Shown: positions 25,225 to 34,513, numbered from the stretch's first letter. The stretch: 40,054 nt of DNA from Coprothermobacterota bacterium (GCA_037440465.1 JBBIUB010000010.1:1919-41972); one strand, 5' to 3'. Notes: generated by a model from the sequence alone, not told the origin. Translations and numbers: made by a program.

Positions 25225-27562
25225 TTATTTGGGGGTGGATGGTTAGTTGGTTTCTTTTTAGACGAAAGGTGATGGCACCATCCTTGGAAGTTAAAAAATA
25301 ATCAATTCCTGATTCTTCAAGAAGTTTCACAGTTTCCAGGTGAGGGTGACCAAATGGATTTTTAATGCCAGCAGAAATAACAGCAGTTTCTGGTTTTATT
25401 CTTCCCAGCAGTTCTGAAGACAGAGAATTTCTGGCACCATGGTGAGGTACTCTTAGAACCTCTATATCTTTAGAATATTTTTGAAAGTGAGAAATTGGGG
25501 CATCTCCTGGTAAAAGGAAATCAAAATCCTTAAAAGAGACTTCAATTAAAATTGAGAAAGTGTTGAGGTCATCTGTATTTATTTCAGAAGGTGGGATAAG
25601 TTTTATAATCAGATTTCCTTCTTTAATCAGTGTATTTTTTTCTATTTTATATATAACTATCTTTTTTCCTAAAATAGCCGTCTTTTTTCCCAAAGAATCC
25701 ATAAGGAACTTGTTAAAAACAGGGTTGGAGAGAGAAGGAGAACTTGAGTAAATCTTTTTTACATACCCTTTCTGGATTAATTCCTCGGCTCCCTTATAGT
25801 GGTCACTATGAGGATGTGTGATTATTAGCCCGTCAATAGAGGTTTTACCCCACCGGGAGAGAAGGCGAAGATAGTTGGTGCCATCCTCTTTTCGGCTTCC
25901 AGCATCCAGAATATAGACCTGCCCAGCAGGTGTGCGTAACATGGCTCCATCTCCCTGTCCAGCATAGAGAAATGTCAGTTCAAAACCTGACGGAGTTAAA
26001 AGTTTTGTAGTGATTATTAACACTAAGATAGATAAGATAAAAATGTTTCCAACCATCAAAGTATTTCCATCACTTGAAATCCTTGAAATATTTCTCCCGG
26101 ATAAAGTTTTCACCCTTAAAAAATAATATAGAACAAAAAAGGTAAAGCTGGATAATAGAATACCTACCAGTAAAGGAAAGGGAATGAATATATTTGAGTA
26201 GGGAAGCCGGGCTATAAACTGAAATCCTTCGTATAAGAAGAAAGATAATCCTGTAAGAATACTTTTTAAAATAAGGCTCAAGACTGGTAGGGGATGCAGG
26301 AGAAGATATAAAAACCCGAGGGGTAAGAGAAAGGAGATTATTATAGTCCCCAGGAGGTTAGAGGGTATAATGTATGTTGGAAATTCAAGGAAATTATAGA
26401 GTAGAAGTGGAAGTATGACCAGATTCGCTCCCAGCGTTATACTCAGGCTGTCTCTCAGAAAGCCAGGCAGGATTTTAAGAGGCCTGGATTCTTTCAGATG
26501 TGGGGATATCAGTATTATTCCTGCCGTGGCTCCAAAAGAAAGGTAAAAGCCCAGGTCAAAGATAGAATAAGGGAGAATTAATAGAACCAGGGCACCTGCA
26601 GAAAAAAGAAGTGGGAAGGAGTAAAAACTTCTTTTCCTAAGGAAGCCTGGGAATAAAAGTAAAGGAAGACCAACCATGATGATAGCCCTGAGACTACTGG
26701 GAGAAGCTCCTACCAGAAGAAGATAAATTAATAGTATAAGAAATATCAGAAATTTAGAGTAGTTTATCCCCTTTAAAATTGAAAATAGAAAAGAGAATAA
26801 AAGGGCAAAATGAAGTCCAGAGACTACCAGTAGGTGACTGGTTCCAGTAGCCCTGAAAGTCTCTTTTATTTCACCATCAGGTTTGATACCCAGAGTTAAG
26901 GCAGGAAGTATTTCTTTAGCTGGTGATGGAAAGTCCTGGAAAATTGAAAAAAGATATTTTCTGAGGTTAGGCAATAATTTGAAAAATTGCCATTCATACA
27001 AGCATCCCTTGTTCTGGGAGATGGTAACCACTTCCAGTTTTTCCACACTTAAGACTCCTGATATACCCCTTCTCTGATAGAACTCTTTTTCACTGAATCC
27101 ATATGGGTTAAGGCGGGGTCTTAAAGGTCTGAGGTTACCACTGGTACAATAAACATCTCCTTCTACTGGCTCCCTGTCAGCAACATACGCCTTCTCAGGT
27201 ATGAAAAATCTGAGATAAGGGGCTTTGTAGAAAGATGGACCTGAAATAACTCTCCCTATACCCCTTACTCCACCACTACCTGAATATCCTGGGTACAGAC
27301 TTTCTCCCTTTACCTTCTCTACATCCGTCAGTCTAATAGTAAAGGAAGTTTCAGTATCTTTGAAGTTGATTTCAGATGGGAATGAGGGATATGCCCTGAA
27401 AAAGGCTAAAATGACGAATAAAATTATAAGAATGGAACGAAGGTTTAGTTTTATCATAAGAAGACCGATTATGAGAGAAAAAAGCAATAATACGGGGATT
27501 TTTAAGTAAGCCAGATAAACTCCACCCATTACTCCTAAGAAAAGATATAGGGAGGGTGGCAT
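25220..27562 (-). CDS. comEC: DNA uptake channel ComEC/Rec2 with metallo-beta-lactamase domain
   Basis: TGTSHLLVVSGLH, SPSSLRA, GFYLSFGAT, GQGD, ITHPHSDH, VPHHG, NPFGHPH. Confidence 0.93.
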   Translation of the reverse strand: MPPSLYLFLGVMGGVYLAYLKIPVLLLFSLIIGLLMIKLNLRSILIILFVILAFFRAYPSFPSEINFKDTETSFTIRLTDVEKVKGESLYPGYSGSGGVRGIGRVISGPSFYKAPYLRFFIPEKAYVADREPVEGDVYCTSGNLRPLRPRLNPYGFSEKEFYQRRGISGVLSVEKLEVVTISQNKGCLYEWQFFKLLPNLRKYLFSIFQDFPSPAKEILPALTLGIKPDGEIKETFRATGTSHLLVVSGLHFALLFSFLFSILKGINYSKFLIFLILLIYLLLVGASPSSLRAIIMVGLPLLLFPGFLRKRSFYSFPLLFSAGALVLLILPYSIFDLGFYLSFGATAGIILISPHLKESRPLKILPGFLRDSLSITLGANLVILPLLLYNFLEFPTYIIPSNLLGTIIISFLLPLGFLYLLLHPLPVLSLILKSILTGLSFFLYEGFQFIARLPYSNIFIPFPLLVGILLSSFTFFVLYYFLRVKTLSGRNISRISSDGNTLMVGNIFILSILVLIITTKLLTPSGFELTFLYAGQGDGAMLRTPAGQVYILDAGSRKEDGTNYLRLLSRWGKTSIDGLIITHPHSDHYKGAEELIQKGYVKKIYSSSPSLSNPVFNKFLMDSLGKKTAILGKKIVIYKIEKNTLIKEGNLIIKLIPPSEINTDDLNTFSILIEVSFKDFDFLLPGDAPISHFQKYSKDIEVLRVPHHGARNSLSSELLGRIKPETAVISAGIKNPFGHPHLETVKLLEESGIDYFLTSKDGAITFRLKRNQLTIHPQIK

Positions 27563-27566
27563 AATA

Positions 27567-28169
27567 TCACCTAACCGTTATCAGATCTTTTATAGCCTCA
27601 AAGCGTTTCTCAGCAATCCCAGAAACCTTCTTCACATCTTCTATGACCTTGAAGTTGCCATTTGCCTTTCTATAGTCTATTATTTTGGAAGCCAGAACAG
27701 GACCAATGCCCGGAAGAGATTCCAACTCTTTCTGGCTTGCTGTGTTGATGTTGATTTTTCCAGAATTAGAACCTGAAGAAGGATTTTGAGAGGGATTATA
27801 TGGATCAGTAACTACTTCCCCTTTGCCAGGTATGTGGACATGGTCTTCATCCTGTAGAATCCGTGCCAGATTTATGGCAACAGTGTCAGCTTTATTGGTG
27901 AGACCTCCAGCCATATCTACAGCCTCGTGAAGGCGGGAATCTGACTTTAATTTATAGACACCAGGTACATTAATCTCCCCAGAAAGATAGACAACTATTT
28001 CAGCGATTTCTTTAGGGTGTTCAGAGTTATTATCTTCTTTGCTAGGCTCTTCCAATACAATGTCAGGGGTGGATTCTCTAGTGAGAAGGTGGTAACCTAA
28101 AACTCCTGAGCTCAGAAGAAAAAGTATAGTACCAGCAATAAAGAGAGGTGATTTCAGGGAGAAATTCAT
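27567..28169 (-). CDS. comEA: Competence DNA receptor ComEA
   Basis: N-terminal TM, SLBB domain (VYLSGEINVPGVY...AGG), HhH domain (KININTA...LPGIGP). Confidence 0.95.
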   Translation of the reverse strand: MNFSLKSPLFIAGTILFLLSSGVLGYHLLTRESTPDIVLEEPSKEDNNSEHPKEIAEIVVYLSGEINVPGVYKLKSDSRLHEAVDMAGGLTNKADTVAINLARILQDEDHVHIPGKGEVVTDPYNPSQNPSSGSNSGKININTASQKELESLPGIGPVLASKIIDYRKANGNFKVIEDVKKVSGIAEKRFEAIKDLITVR

Positions 28170-30628
28170 ATTTCAGTATGGATACTGATAATCTTATCGG
28201 GTACCACTACTATTCCTTTTATTATCCTACCCTCTAAGAATTTATTAACCCTTTCTTCTCTCAGGGCTAATTCTTTAACCTTTTCTTCTGATGTACCTGC
28301 TATCAAAGTAAGTTTGCTTCTGATTTTTCCATCTATCTGCACTGGAATCTCCACCATTTCTTCTTTGATCCACGTCTCATCATAAGAAGGCCACTTTTCT
28401 TCCACGATGAGTTTTTGGTGTTTTAGGATTTCCCAAAGTTCCTCAGCCAGATGGGGGGTGAAGGGAGATATTAGAAGAACCAGACTCTCCAAAGCTTCTC
28501 TCAAAACTCCAGGACTTACTACCCCCTCTTTTTCCAGAGATTTATTAAGACCGTTCACCATTTCCATCAAAGCAGCGATGGCAGTGTTGAATCTGAAATT
28601 ATTTTCTATGTCCTCGGTTACTTTTTTTACAGTCTTATGAGTAAGTCTTTTAATTTTTTCATCTTCTTTGTTCTGCGATACGGAGGTAATATTCTGCAAA
28701 GAGAAGTCTTTATAAGGAGAAACAAGCCTCCAGACCCTGTTGAGAAAACGAAATATTCCCATAACTCCTTCTTCCTTCCACTCAAACTCCCTTTCAGGAG
28801 GAGCAGCAAAGAGGATATACATTCTTCCCGTGTCAATTCCATATTTTTTTGAAATGGTCTCGGGCATTACCACGTTACCCCGGGATGTAGACATAGCAGA
28901 TCCATCCTTCAATACCATTCCTTGAGTAAACAGTCTCAGAAAGGGTTCTCTAAAGTTCAGTAATCCTCCATCATTTAGTGCCTTTACTATGAAGCGGGAA
29001 TAGAGAAGGTGTAAGATAGCATGTTCTACTCCACCGATATAGTGGTCTACTGGAAGGAAGTAATCTATATCTTCTTTTTTAAAAGGTTCTTTGTTGGTAA
29101 AAGGGCTGGCAAACCTCAGGTAATACCAGGAAGAACACATAAAGGTGTCCATTGTGTCGGTCTCTCTTTGAGCGTGACCACCACATACCGGACAGGAAGT
29201 GTTAAGAAAATCTGGTGAAGTTGCCAGAGGGCTTAAAGAACCTTTAGGCACGAAATCTACTTCCTCTGGAAGCATGATAGGGAGGTCATCTTCCTTTACA
29301 GATACCACTCCACATTTATCGCAGTAAATCATGGGAATAGGAGCTCCCCAGTATCTCTGTCGGGAAAGAAGCCAGTCTCTAAGCTTGTACCTTACTTGTA
29401 GTTCTCCCAGGCCCCTTTCTTTCAAGAATTCACTCATTTTCACCTGAGCTTCCGAGCTGGTTAGCCCACTGAAAGAACCCGAATCCTTGAGGACACCATA
29501 ACCATCAAATAGCTCGTCTTTAAATTCATCAGGTGTCTCTGGAACAACAACTTCTCTTATATTTAGTGAATATTTATTAGCAAAATCAAAATCCCTACTA
29601 TCATGAGCTGGAACACCCATAATGGCACCAGTGCCATATTCAAAAAGGACATAGTTTGCTACATATATGGGTATTTTTTCCTGAGTAAAGGGGTTAATGG
29701 CGTATCTTCCAAGGAAAACTCCTTCTTTGGGGATTTCTGCAGCTTCTCTTTCTATTTCAGGAGTCATAAGGGTCTTTTCCACAAAAGAAGATATTTCTTC
29801 TTTTATGATGGGAGTTGCCGGGAGTTCCATCGTTAAGGGGTGTTCGGGAGAAAGGACCAGGAAAGTAGCGCCGAAAATTGTATCCAGGCGAGTGGTGAAT
29901 ATTTCAATATCACCACCGCCTTCAACAGGGAATTTAACGAGGGTGCCGTAGCTTTTCCCTATCCAGTTTCTCTGCATGGTTTTCACATGCTCGGGCCAGT
30001 TTTTGAGCTCATCAAGGTCGTTTAAGAGTTCTTCAGCGTAGTCAGTAATCCGTAGGAACCATTGCCTGAAGCTCTTTTTGGTTACTTTAGAGTAGCACCG
30101 CCAGCAACCACCATCAATCACCTGTTCGTTAGCGAGAACTGTCCGGCAGCGTGGGCAGAAATTAACCAGTGCTTCTTTCTGATAAGCCAGGTTTCTATTA
30201 TAAAGATAGAGAAAAAGCCACTGAGTCCACTTATAATAGGTAGGATCAGAAGTGGCAAACTCACGGCGGAAATCGTAACTTAAACCTACTGATTTCATTT
30301 GATTTCGGATGTAATCAATGCTGTCATAGGTCCATTTTTTGGGATGAATACCCTTTTCTATGGCAGCATTTTCTGCGGGAAGTCCAAAGGAATCAAAACC
30401 CATAGGATGGAGCACATTGAAGCCCTGCATTCTTTTGTATCGAGCAACTACATCACCTAAAGTGTAGTTTTTGAGGTGGCCAACATGTAAGTATCCTGAT
30501 GGATAGGGGAACATTTCCAGAACATAACACTTGGGTTTGGTAGCAGATGGTTCCGCTTCAAAGACCTTCTTGTTTTCCCAGATTTTCTTCCATTTATTTT
30601 CTATGTGCTTAAAATCATAAACTTTCAT
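28166..30628 (-). CDS. leuS: Leucine--tRNA ligase
   Basis: LEMFPYPSGYLHVGH, QRNWIG, GTGAIMGVPAHD editing motif, RDWLLSRQRYWG, GGVEHA; KMSKS position reads AMSTS. True start ATG30628 (track start runs into the tRNA). Confidence 0.96.
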   Translation of the reverse strand: MKVYDFKHIENKWKKIWENKKVFEAEPSATKPKCYVLEMFPYPSGYLHVGHLKNYTLGDVVARYKRMQGFNVLHPMGFDSFGLPAENAAIEKGIHPKKWTYDSIDYIRNQMKSVGLSYDFRREFATSDPTYYKWTQWLFLYLYNRNLAYQKEALVNFCPRCRTVLANEQVIDGGCWRCYSKVTKKSFRQWFLRITDYAEELLNDLDELKNWPEHVKTMQRNWIGKSYGTLVKFPVEGGGDIEIFTTRLDTIFGATFLVLSPEHPLTMELPATPIIKEEISSFVEKTLMTPEIEREAAEIPKEGVFLGRYAINPFTQEKIPIYVANYVLFEYGTGAIMGVPAHDSRDFDFANKYSLNIREVVVPETPDEFKDELFDGYGVLKDSGSFSGLTSSEAQVKMSEFLKERGLGELQVRYKLRDWLLSRQRYWGAPIPMIYCDKCGVVSVKEDDLPIMLPEEVDFVPKGSLSPLATSPDFLNTSCPVCGGHAQRETDTMDTFMCSSWYYLRFASPFTNKEPFKKEDIDYFLPVDHYIGGVEHAILHLLYSRFIVKALNDGGLLNFREPFLRLFTQGMVLKDGSAMSTSRGNVVMPETISKKYGIDTGRMYILFAAPPEREFEWKEEGVMGIFRFLNRVWRLVSPYKDFSLQNITSVSQNKEDEKIKRLTHKTVKKVTEDIENNFRFNTAIAALMEMVNGLNKSLEKEGVVSPGVLREALESLVLLISPFTPHLAEELWEILKHQKLIVEEKWPSYDETWIKEEMVEIPVQIDGKIRSKLTLIAGTSEEKVKELALREERVNKFLEGRIIKGIVVVPDKIISIHTEI

Positions 30629-30659
30629 GGCTTTTTCTTTTTCACCCCAATTATTAAAA

Positions 30660-30734
30660 TGGTGGAGCTGACGGGATTTGAACCCGTGACCTCTTCCATG
30701 CCAAGGAAGCGCGCTCCCGCTGCGCCACAGCCCC
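30660..30734 (-). tRNA. tRNA-Ala(GGC)
   Basis: GGGGCTG/CAGCTCC acceptor stem with G3:U70, anticodon arm CTTCC-TTGGCAT-GGAAG, GTTCAAATC T-loop, encoded CCA. Confidence 0.97.
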
Positions 30735-30782
30735 ACGAAAGTATAAATATTATATATGATATTTGTAATTTTTGTATTCTAT

Positions 30783-31667
30783 CTAAAAAACCTTACTCTC
30801 CCCCTCTTTAACCCACCCCCAGGCCATAAAATCAGTATTGTAACCCAAACCTATGTTTCCCTTAGAATCAATCCCGATTAGTCCGCATCGATAGTTTTTC
30901 TCTGTGGCACGCTCTATAGCAATCTTAATTGCTTCTTCTGCAATATTCTTCTCCATAAGCTCAGCTGAAACCTTTGTCAGGAATAATCTCATTATGCCTT
31001 CACCGTGTCCAGTGGCTGAAGCTCCTCCGTAAGGAGTGACATAAGTTCCACCACCTATGATGGCGGTGTCTCCCACCCTGCCTGGAAGTTTCCCCAGGAT
31101 ACCTCCTGTGGAAGTTGCCACAGCTAAACCTCCTTTATTGTCCAGAGCTACTGCCCCAACTGTTTCCCAGTTTAGATAAAGGGAGAGCTTCTGGAAGTAA
31201 CCAAACTCTCCTTTGGTTTTAAAGTCTTCAAGTTGTTTTATCCTTTCCTCAGTAACTGGATTGTATAGTTCAAAGCCCATTCTTCGAGCAAATCTGGTTG
31301 CTCCATCGCCAACAATTAGTAGATGGTCGGTTTCTTCCAGAATTTTCCTGGCAACTAAAATTGGATTCTTAATAGACTTAATAGCTCCCACAGCTCCAAA
31401 GAATGCCTCTCCACCGGGGTGAGGAATGAACATAAGAGAAGCGTCCATTTCAACTTCTCCCATAAGGTTCAAAACTGAGCCAGTTCCACAATTGAAAACA
31501 GGATTATCTTCCATAGCTTTCACGGCTTCCACAACTGCTTCCACAGATGAATGTTTTCGGGTTAAGACCTCATAACCCTTATCCAGTGCGTCTTTTATAC
31601 CTGCTTTACTTCCCTCAGGGTTCCTGAGTATTCTTCCTGCACCACCGTGGACTATCAAGGCTTTCAT
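30783..31667 (-). CDS. iaaA: Isoaspartyl peptidase/L-asparaginase (Ntn hydrolase)
   Basis: IVHGGAG, EMDAS, ETVGAVA autocleavage Thr, ATSTGG, GRVGD, TGHGE. Confidence 0.9.
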   Translation of the reverse strand: MKALIVHGGAGRILRNPEGSKAGIKDALDKGYEVLTRKHSSVEAVVEAVKAMEDNPVFNCGTGSVLNLMGEVEMDASLMFIPHPGGEAFFGAVGAIKSIKNPILVARKILEETDHLLIVGDGATRFARRMGFELYNPVTEERIKQLEDFKTKGEFGYFQKLSLYLNWETVGAVALDNKGGLAVATSTGGILGKLPGRVGDTAIIGGGTYVTPYGGASATGHGEGIMRLFLTKVSAELMEKNIAEEAIKIAIERATEKNYRCGLIGIDSKGNIGLGYNTDFMAWGWVKEGESKVF

Positions 31668-31856
31668 ATATTTTCTCCTTTCATAATCAAGACTGCTCTT
31701 TAATTATACATAATAGTCAGGTTTAAAATAATTCACTCTGGGTTATACTATATGTGCGTATATGATTGCTGTATGCTATCATTTATTAGCCATAAGGTTG
31801 GTTAATAATAGCACAGTATCTCATATATAGCTTAAATTATAAGGAGGTATTTGTAA

Positions 31857-32081
31857 ATGGCTTTAGAAGTTGTAGAGTTAAGGAATAAGTTGGTATTAAG
31901 TTTTGAGCTGGGTACTAACCATGACGGTAAGGTTCTTCTCAAAAGAAAAACAGAGAATGTTCGTCCAGATGTTTCTGACGAAGATGTAAATGAGGTGGCA
32001 GATACTTTAGCCAACCTGGTAGAGTACCCTCTCTACGAAAAAAGAAGGAATGCTTTTTTCGTTTACGCAGAGAGTATTTAA
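31857..32081 (+). CDS. DUF1659-family small protein
   Basis: KLVLSFELG...DGK......NVRPD.SDED...VA..LANL pattern; AAGGAGG RBS. Confidence 0.75.
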   Translation: MALEVVELRNKLVLSFELGTNHDGKVLLKRKTENVRPDVSDEDVNEVADTLANLVEYPLYEKRRNAFFVYAESI

Positions 32082-32102
32082 GAAAAGGAGGTTTAAGAGA
32101 AT

Positions 32103-32324
32103 ATGCCTACTTATCAAGAATTGAAAATGGTTTTCGAAACTGAAGGCGGAAAGAAACATACCATATCTTTAAATAATCCTAAGGATACCTTAACCAGGGT
32201 CCAGGTGGAAGAAGCGATGAGTACAGTAATAGAGAAGGATGTAATTATGACCAACTCTGGTGGTCTTATTGATATAGTGGAAGCTTACATATTAGACAAG
32301 GAGAAAACACCCATATTACCATAG
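32103..32324 (+). CDS. DUF2922-family small protein
   Basis: LKMVF.TEGGKK.TISL.NPK..LT...V..AM..VI......GG.L..I..A pattern; AAGGAGG RBS. Confidence 0.8.
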   Translation: MPTYQELKMVFETEGGKKHTISLNNPKDTLTRVQVEEAMSTVIEKDVIMTNSGGLIDIVEAYILDKEKTPILP

Positions 32325-32461
32325 GTCCAGGGTTTTACCTGTCCTGGATTAGACGCGATATTATTTAGCGGCTTTTAACAATAAGAGGAAGGGTTTGGAC
32401 CTAAAACAGCTAACTATGGCTGTTCCAACCCTTCCTCTCTTTAAGATGAGGAGGAGATTTT

Positions 32462-32965
32462 ATGTGGCAGAAGATTGTTATTCACCATACTGCTTCACCT
32501 ACAGAGGTAATAAGGGCAGGAAAATGGGTCCCTGTTAACAGAGTAATGGTTGATGAGTGGCATAAGAATAGAGGATTTGCCGGCATTGGATATCATTTTC
32601 TGGTCCTGAAGACAGGAACAGTAGAAGTGGGGAGACCTCTAAATATTATAGGAGCCCACTGTTATGCTTCACGACGAAACATTATTAGCATAGGAATAGC
32701 CCTGGTAGGAAATTTTGAGCTTCAACAAGTACCCTACAATCAGCTTATTAGTACGGCAAAATTAACAGAAAAATTGATGACACTTTTTAAAATGAAGAAA
32801 ATAGAAGATATTGAACTACACAGGGAAGTTCCAGGCGCCAGGACTCTGTGTCCTGGAAAATTCTTTCCAAAAAAAGATTTCCTAAATTTGATAAATGATT
32901 TACAGGAGAAGTCTAATATGAAGATCTCTGGATTTAGAATCGGGGCTTCTTTAACGGAGGTATAA
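32462..32965 (+). CDS. N-acetylmuramoyl-L-alanine amidase (Amidase_2, T7-lysozyme/PGRP type); no signal peptide or wall-binding domain
   Basis: IVIHHTA, GIGYHF, GAHC, IGIALVGNF, HREV...TLCPG Zn ligands (His/His/Cys). Confidence 0.9.
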   Translation: MWQKIVIHHTASPTEVIRAGKWVPVNRVMVDEWHKNRGFAGIGYHFLVLKTGTVEVGRPLNIIGAHCYASRRNIISIGIALVGNFELQQVPYNQLISTAKLTEKLMTLFKMKKIEDIELHREVPGARTLCPGKFFPKKDFLNLINDLQEKSNMKISGFRIGASLTEV

Positions 32966-32966
32966 A

Positions 32967-33143
32967 ATGGAGACTACCACACCTACACTTCTGGATAGTT
33001 TTGTTACCTTAGTTTCTAATGTGGGTTTTCCTATTGTGGTTACTGCTTACCTTCTAATAAGATTGGAAGCAAAACTCGAAAAATTGACCGACGCCCTTCT
33101 GGGATTTAAGGAAGCCCTTAGAGAATTTAAGATATCAGGCTAA
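32967..33143 (+). CDS. YvrJ-family single-TM protein, 58 aa (not in ORF track)
   Basis: Hand translation METTTPTLLDSFVTLVSNVGFPIVVTAYLLIRLEAKLEKLTDALLGFKEALREFKISG; NVGFPI...YLL.R.E.KL signature; GGAGG RBS inside the amidase 3' end. Confidence 0.88.
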   Translation: METTTPTLLDSFVTLVSNVGFPIVVTAYLLIRLEAKLEKLTDALLGFKEALREFKISG

Positions 33144-33165
33144 TGTCATATTGTGTGAAAATTAA

Positions 33166-33209
33166 AGCGGGGCGATATTGCTTCTAAAAAGGAAGATATC
33201 AGCCCCGCT
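33166..33209. terminator. Bidirectional terminator between YvrJ-like gene and ferredoxin
   Basis: AGCGGGGC-GATAT...ATATC-A-GCCCCGCT hairpin between convergent stops. Confidence 0.75.
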
Positions 33210-33236
33210 ATTGGGTAACAATTTTCGGTGGTTTCT

Positions 33237-33482
33237 TTACCCTTTGAGTTTCTTGTACTTGGCTTCCAGCTCTTCTTTGGATTCTTTTCTATCAGGGTCT
33301 TTTACGCAAGCCATTGTTGGACAAACATCCTCGCACTGAGAAACGGGATGAACCGGTACACACTCAGTACATTTTTCCGGGTCTAAAATATAAATTGGGT
33401 CACCTTCAGTGATAGCCTCATTGGGGCAGACTGTAACACAAACACCACACAATACACAATCTTCTGTAATCTTATAAGCCAT
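33237..33482 (-). CDS. YfhL-type 2[4Fe-4S] ferredoxin
   Basis: CVLCGVCVTVCP and CTEC...CEDVCP with C-terminal helix; GGAGG RBS. Confidence 0.92.
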   Translation of the reverse strand: MAYKITEDCVLCGVCVTVCPNEAITEGDPIYILDPEKCTECVPVHPVSQCEDVCPTMACVKDPDRKESKEELEAKYKKLKG

Positions 33483-33560
33483 AAATTCCTCCTTTTAATA
33501 TTATTAATTATATGAAATTATATTTTATTTCTGAATTATCTCTCCTCTAACACCTGTGCT

Positions 33561-33860
33561 TTAGGGCCAGAGTTTAACAGCTCGGGGCTCTGCTGTTTCA
33601 TAAATAAGCGGGTCATCTGCTTCAGCGCGGATGTAGACCTTCCTTCCTTCTATCCTGATAGAAGTATCCCAGTACCATTTTCCTTTAACTCCCCAGGCAA
33701 AGGCATCATTCGCGGTTAAGACCATAAGATAGAGGTCTCTTGCCTGAAGGTCACTACCGAAATAGGCACCGTAACCATATATAGCTACTACGCCTTCCTC
33801 TTTTGAAAGCTTTTGAACCAACTCTTGTAAAGCTTCAGGATATACCTTTTCTGTATTCAT
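33561..33860 (-). CDS. Small protein resembling a degenerate minimal nucleotidyltransferase
   Basis: VVAIYGYGAY......RDLYLMVL aligns by eye with MNT hh.hYhFGS...SDhDhhVh; upstream TGCTATAAT and GGAG. Confidence 0.45.
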   Translation of the reverse strand: MNTEKVYPEALQELVQKLSKEEGVVAIYGYGAYFGSDLQARDLYLMVLTANDAFAWGVKGKWYWDTSIRIEGRKVYIRAEADDPLIYETAEPRAVKLWP

Positions 33861-34036
33861 GGTTATATTCTACTCCATGTTGGTTTATTCACAAGGTTAT
33901 TATAGCAGAAACTCCTCCTACCCCACCTTCCCCCGCAAGGGGTGGGGAAGTGTACGTGTTTGTAAATTCAGCATGACAGGAAAAAGAATAAATTCAGGAT
34001 GACAAAAGGAGCATAAAAGTCAGGAGTCAGAAAAGC

Positions 34037-34513
34037 TTACTGGGGTTTAATTACCTGCACTAAAGCAGAAAATTTATTAAGCCTTACCGAAACCTCGTAC
34101 ATCCCTTTTACGAAAGAGAATTCATAGCGACCATCTAAAGTGCCAAAGGGAGGGAGGCTTACAGTCACAGGTAAGAGTAATGGTGTACCAGTTGGTGGGT
34201 CTCCTATTCGACCGAAAACTCTGACTTCTTTTACTGGAAAGGGAAAATCTCTCTTAATAGTTACACTCGGGGTGATGTTAATAGTGAATGTACATGATTT
34301 TTGATAAACAGAGAAGGAGACATCAGTACCATAAAACGCTCCTCTATCCCGAGCTTCTCTTAAGGCAGAAGCCAGAGTTTGTGCTGAAGATTCCACCACT
34401 CGGCGGTCTCTGATGTTAAAATTCCAGAAGAAGGATGCCATTATTGTTAGAGAAATAACGGTAACCACTACAATTTCAATTAAAGTAAATCCTTTATCCT
34501 GTCTTGTTCTCAT
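34037..34513 (-). CDS. Type IV prepilin-like protein (FimT/GspH-like)
   Basis: KG|FTLIE class III signal; SAQTLASALREARDR helix. Confidence 0.8.
   Translation of the reverse strand: MRTRQDKGFTLIEIVVVTVISLTIMASFFWNFNIRDRRVVESSAQTLASALREARDRGAFYGTDVSFSVYQKSCTFTINITPSVTIKRDFPFPVKEVRVFGRIGDPPTGTPLLLPVTVSLPPFGTLDGRYEFSFVKGMYEVSVRLNKFSALVQVIKPQ

Noticed and set aside
30629..30736. N-terminal extension of leuS in the ORF track
   Set aside because: It is a translation through tRNA-Ala; LeuRS similarity begins at MKVYDF (30628).
30660..33209. Prophage integrated at tRNA-Ala carrying the amidase cassette
   Set aside because: No integrase or duplicated tRNA 3' end; the cassette is on the tRNA's 5' side, beyond a housekeeping gene.
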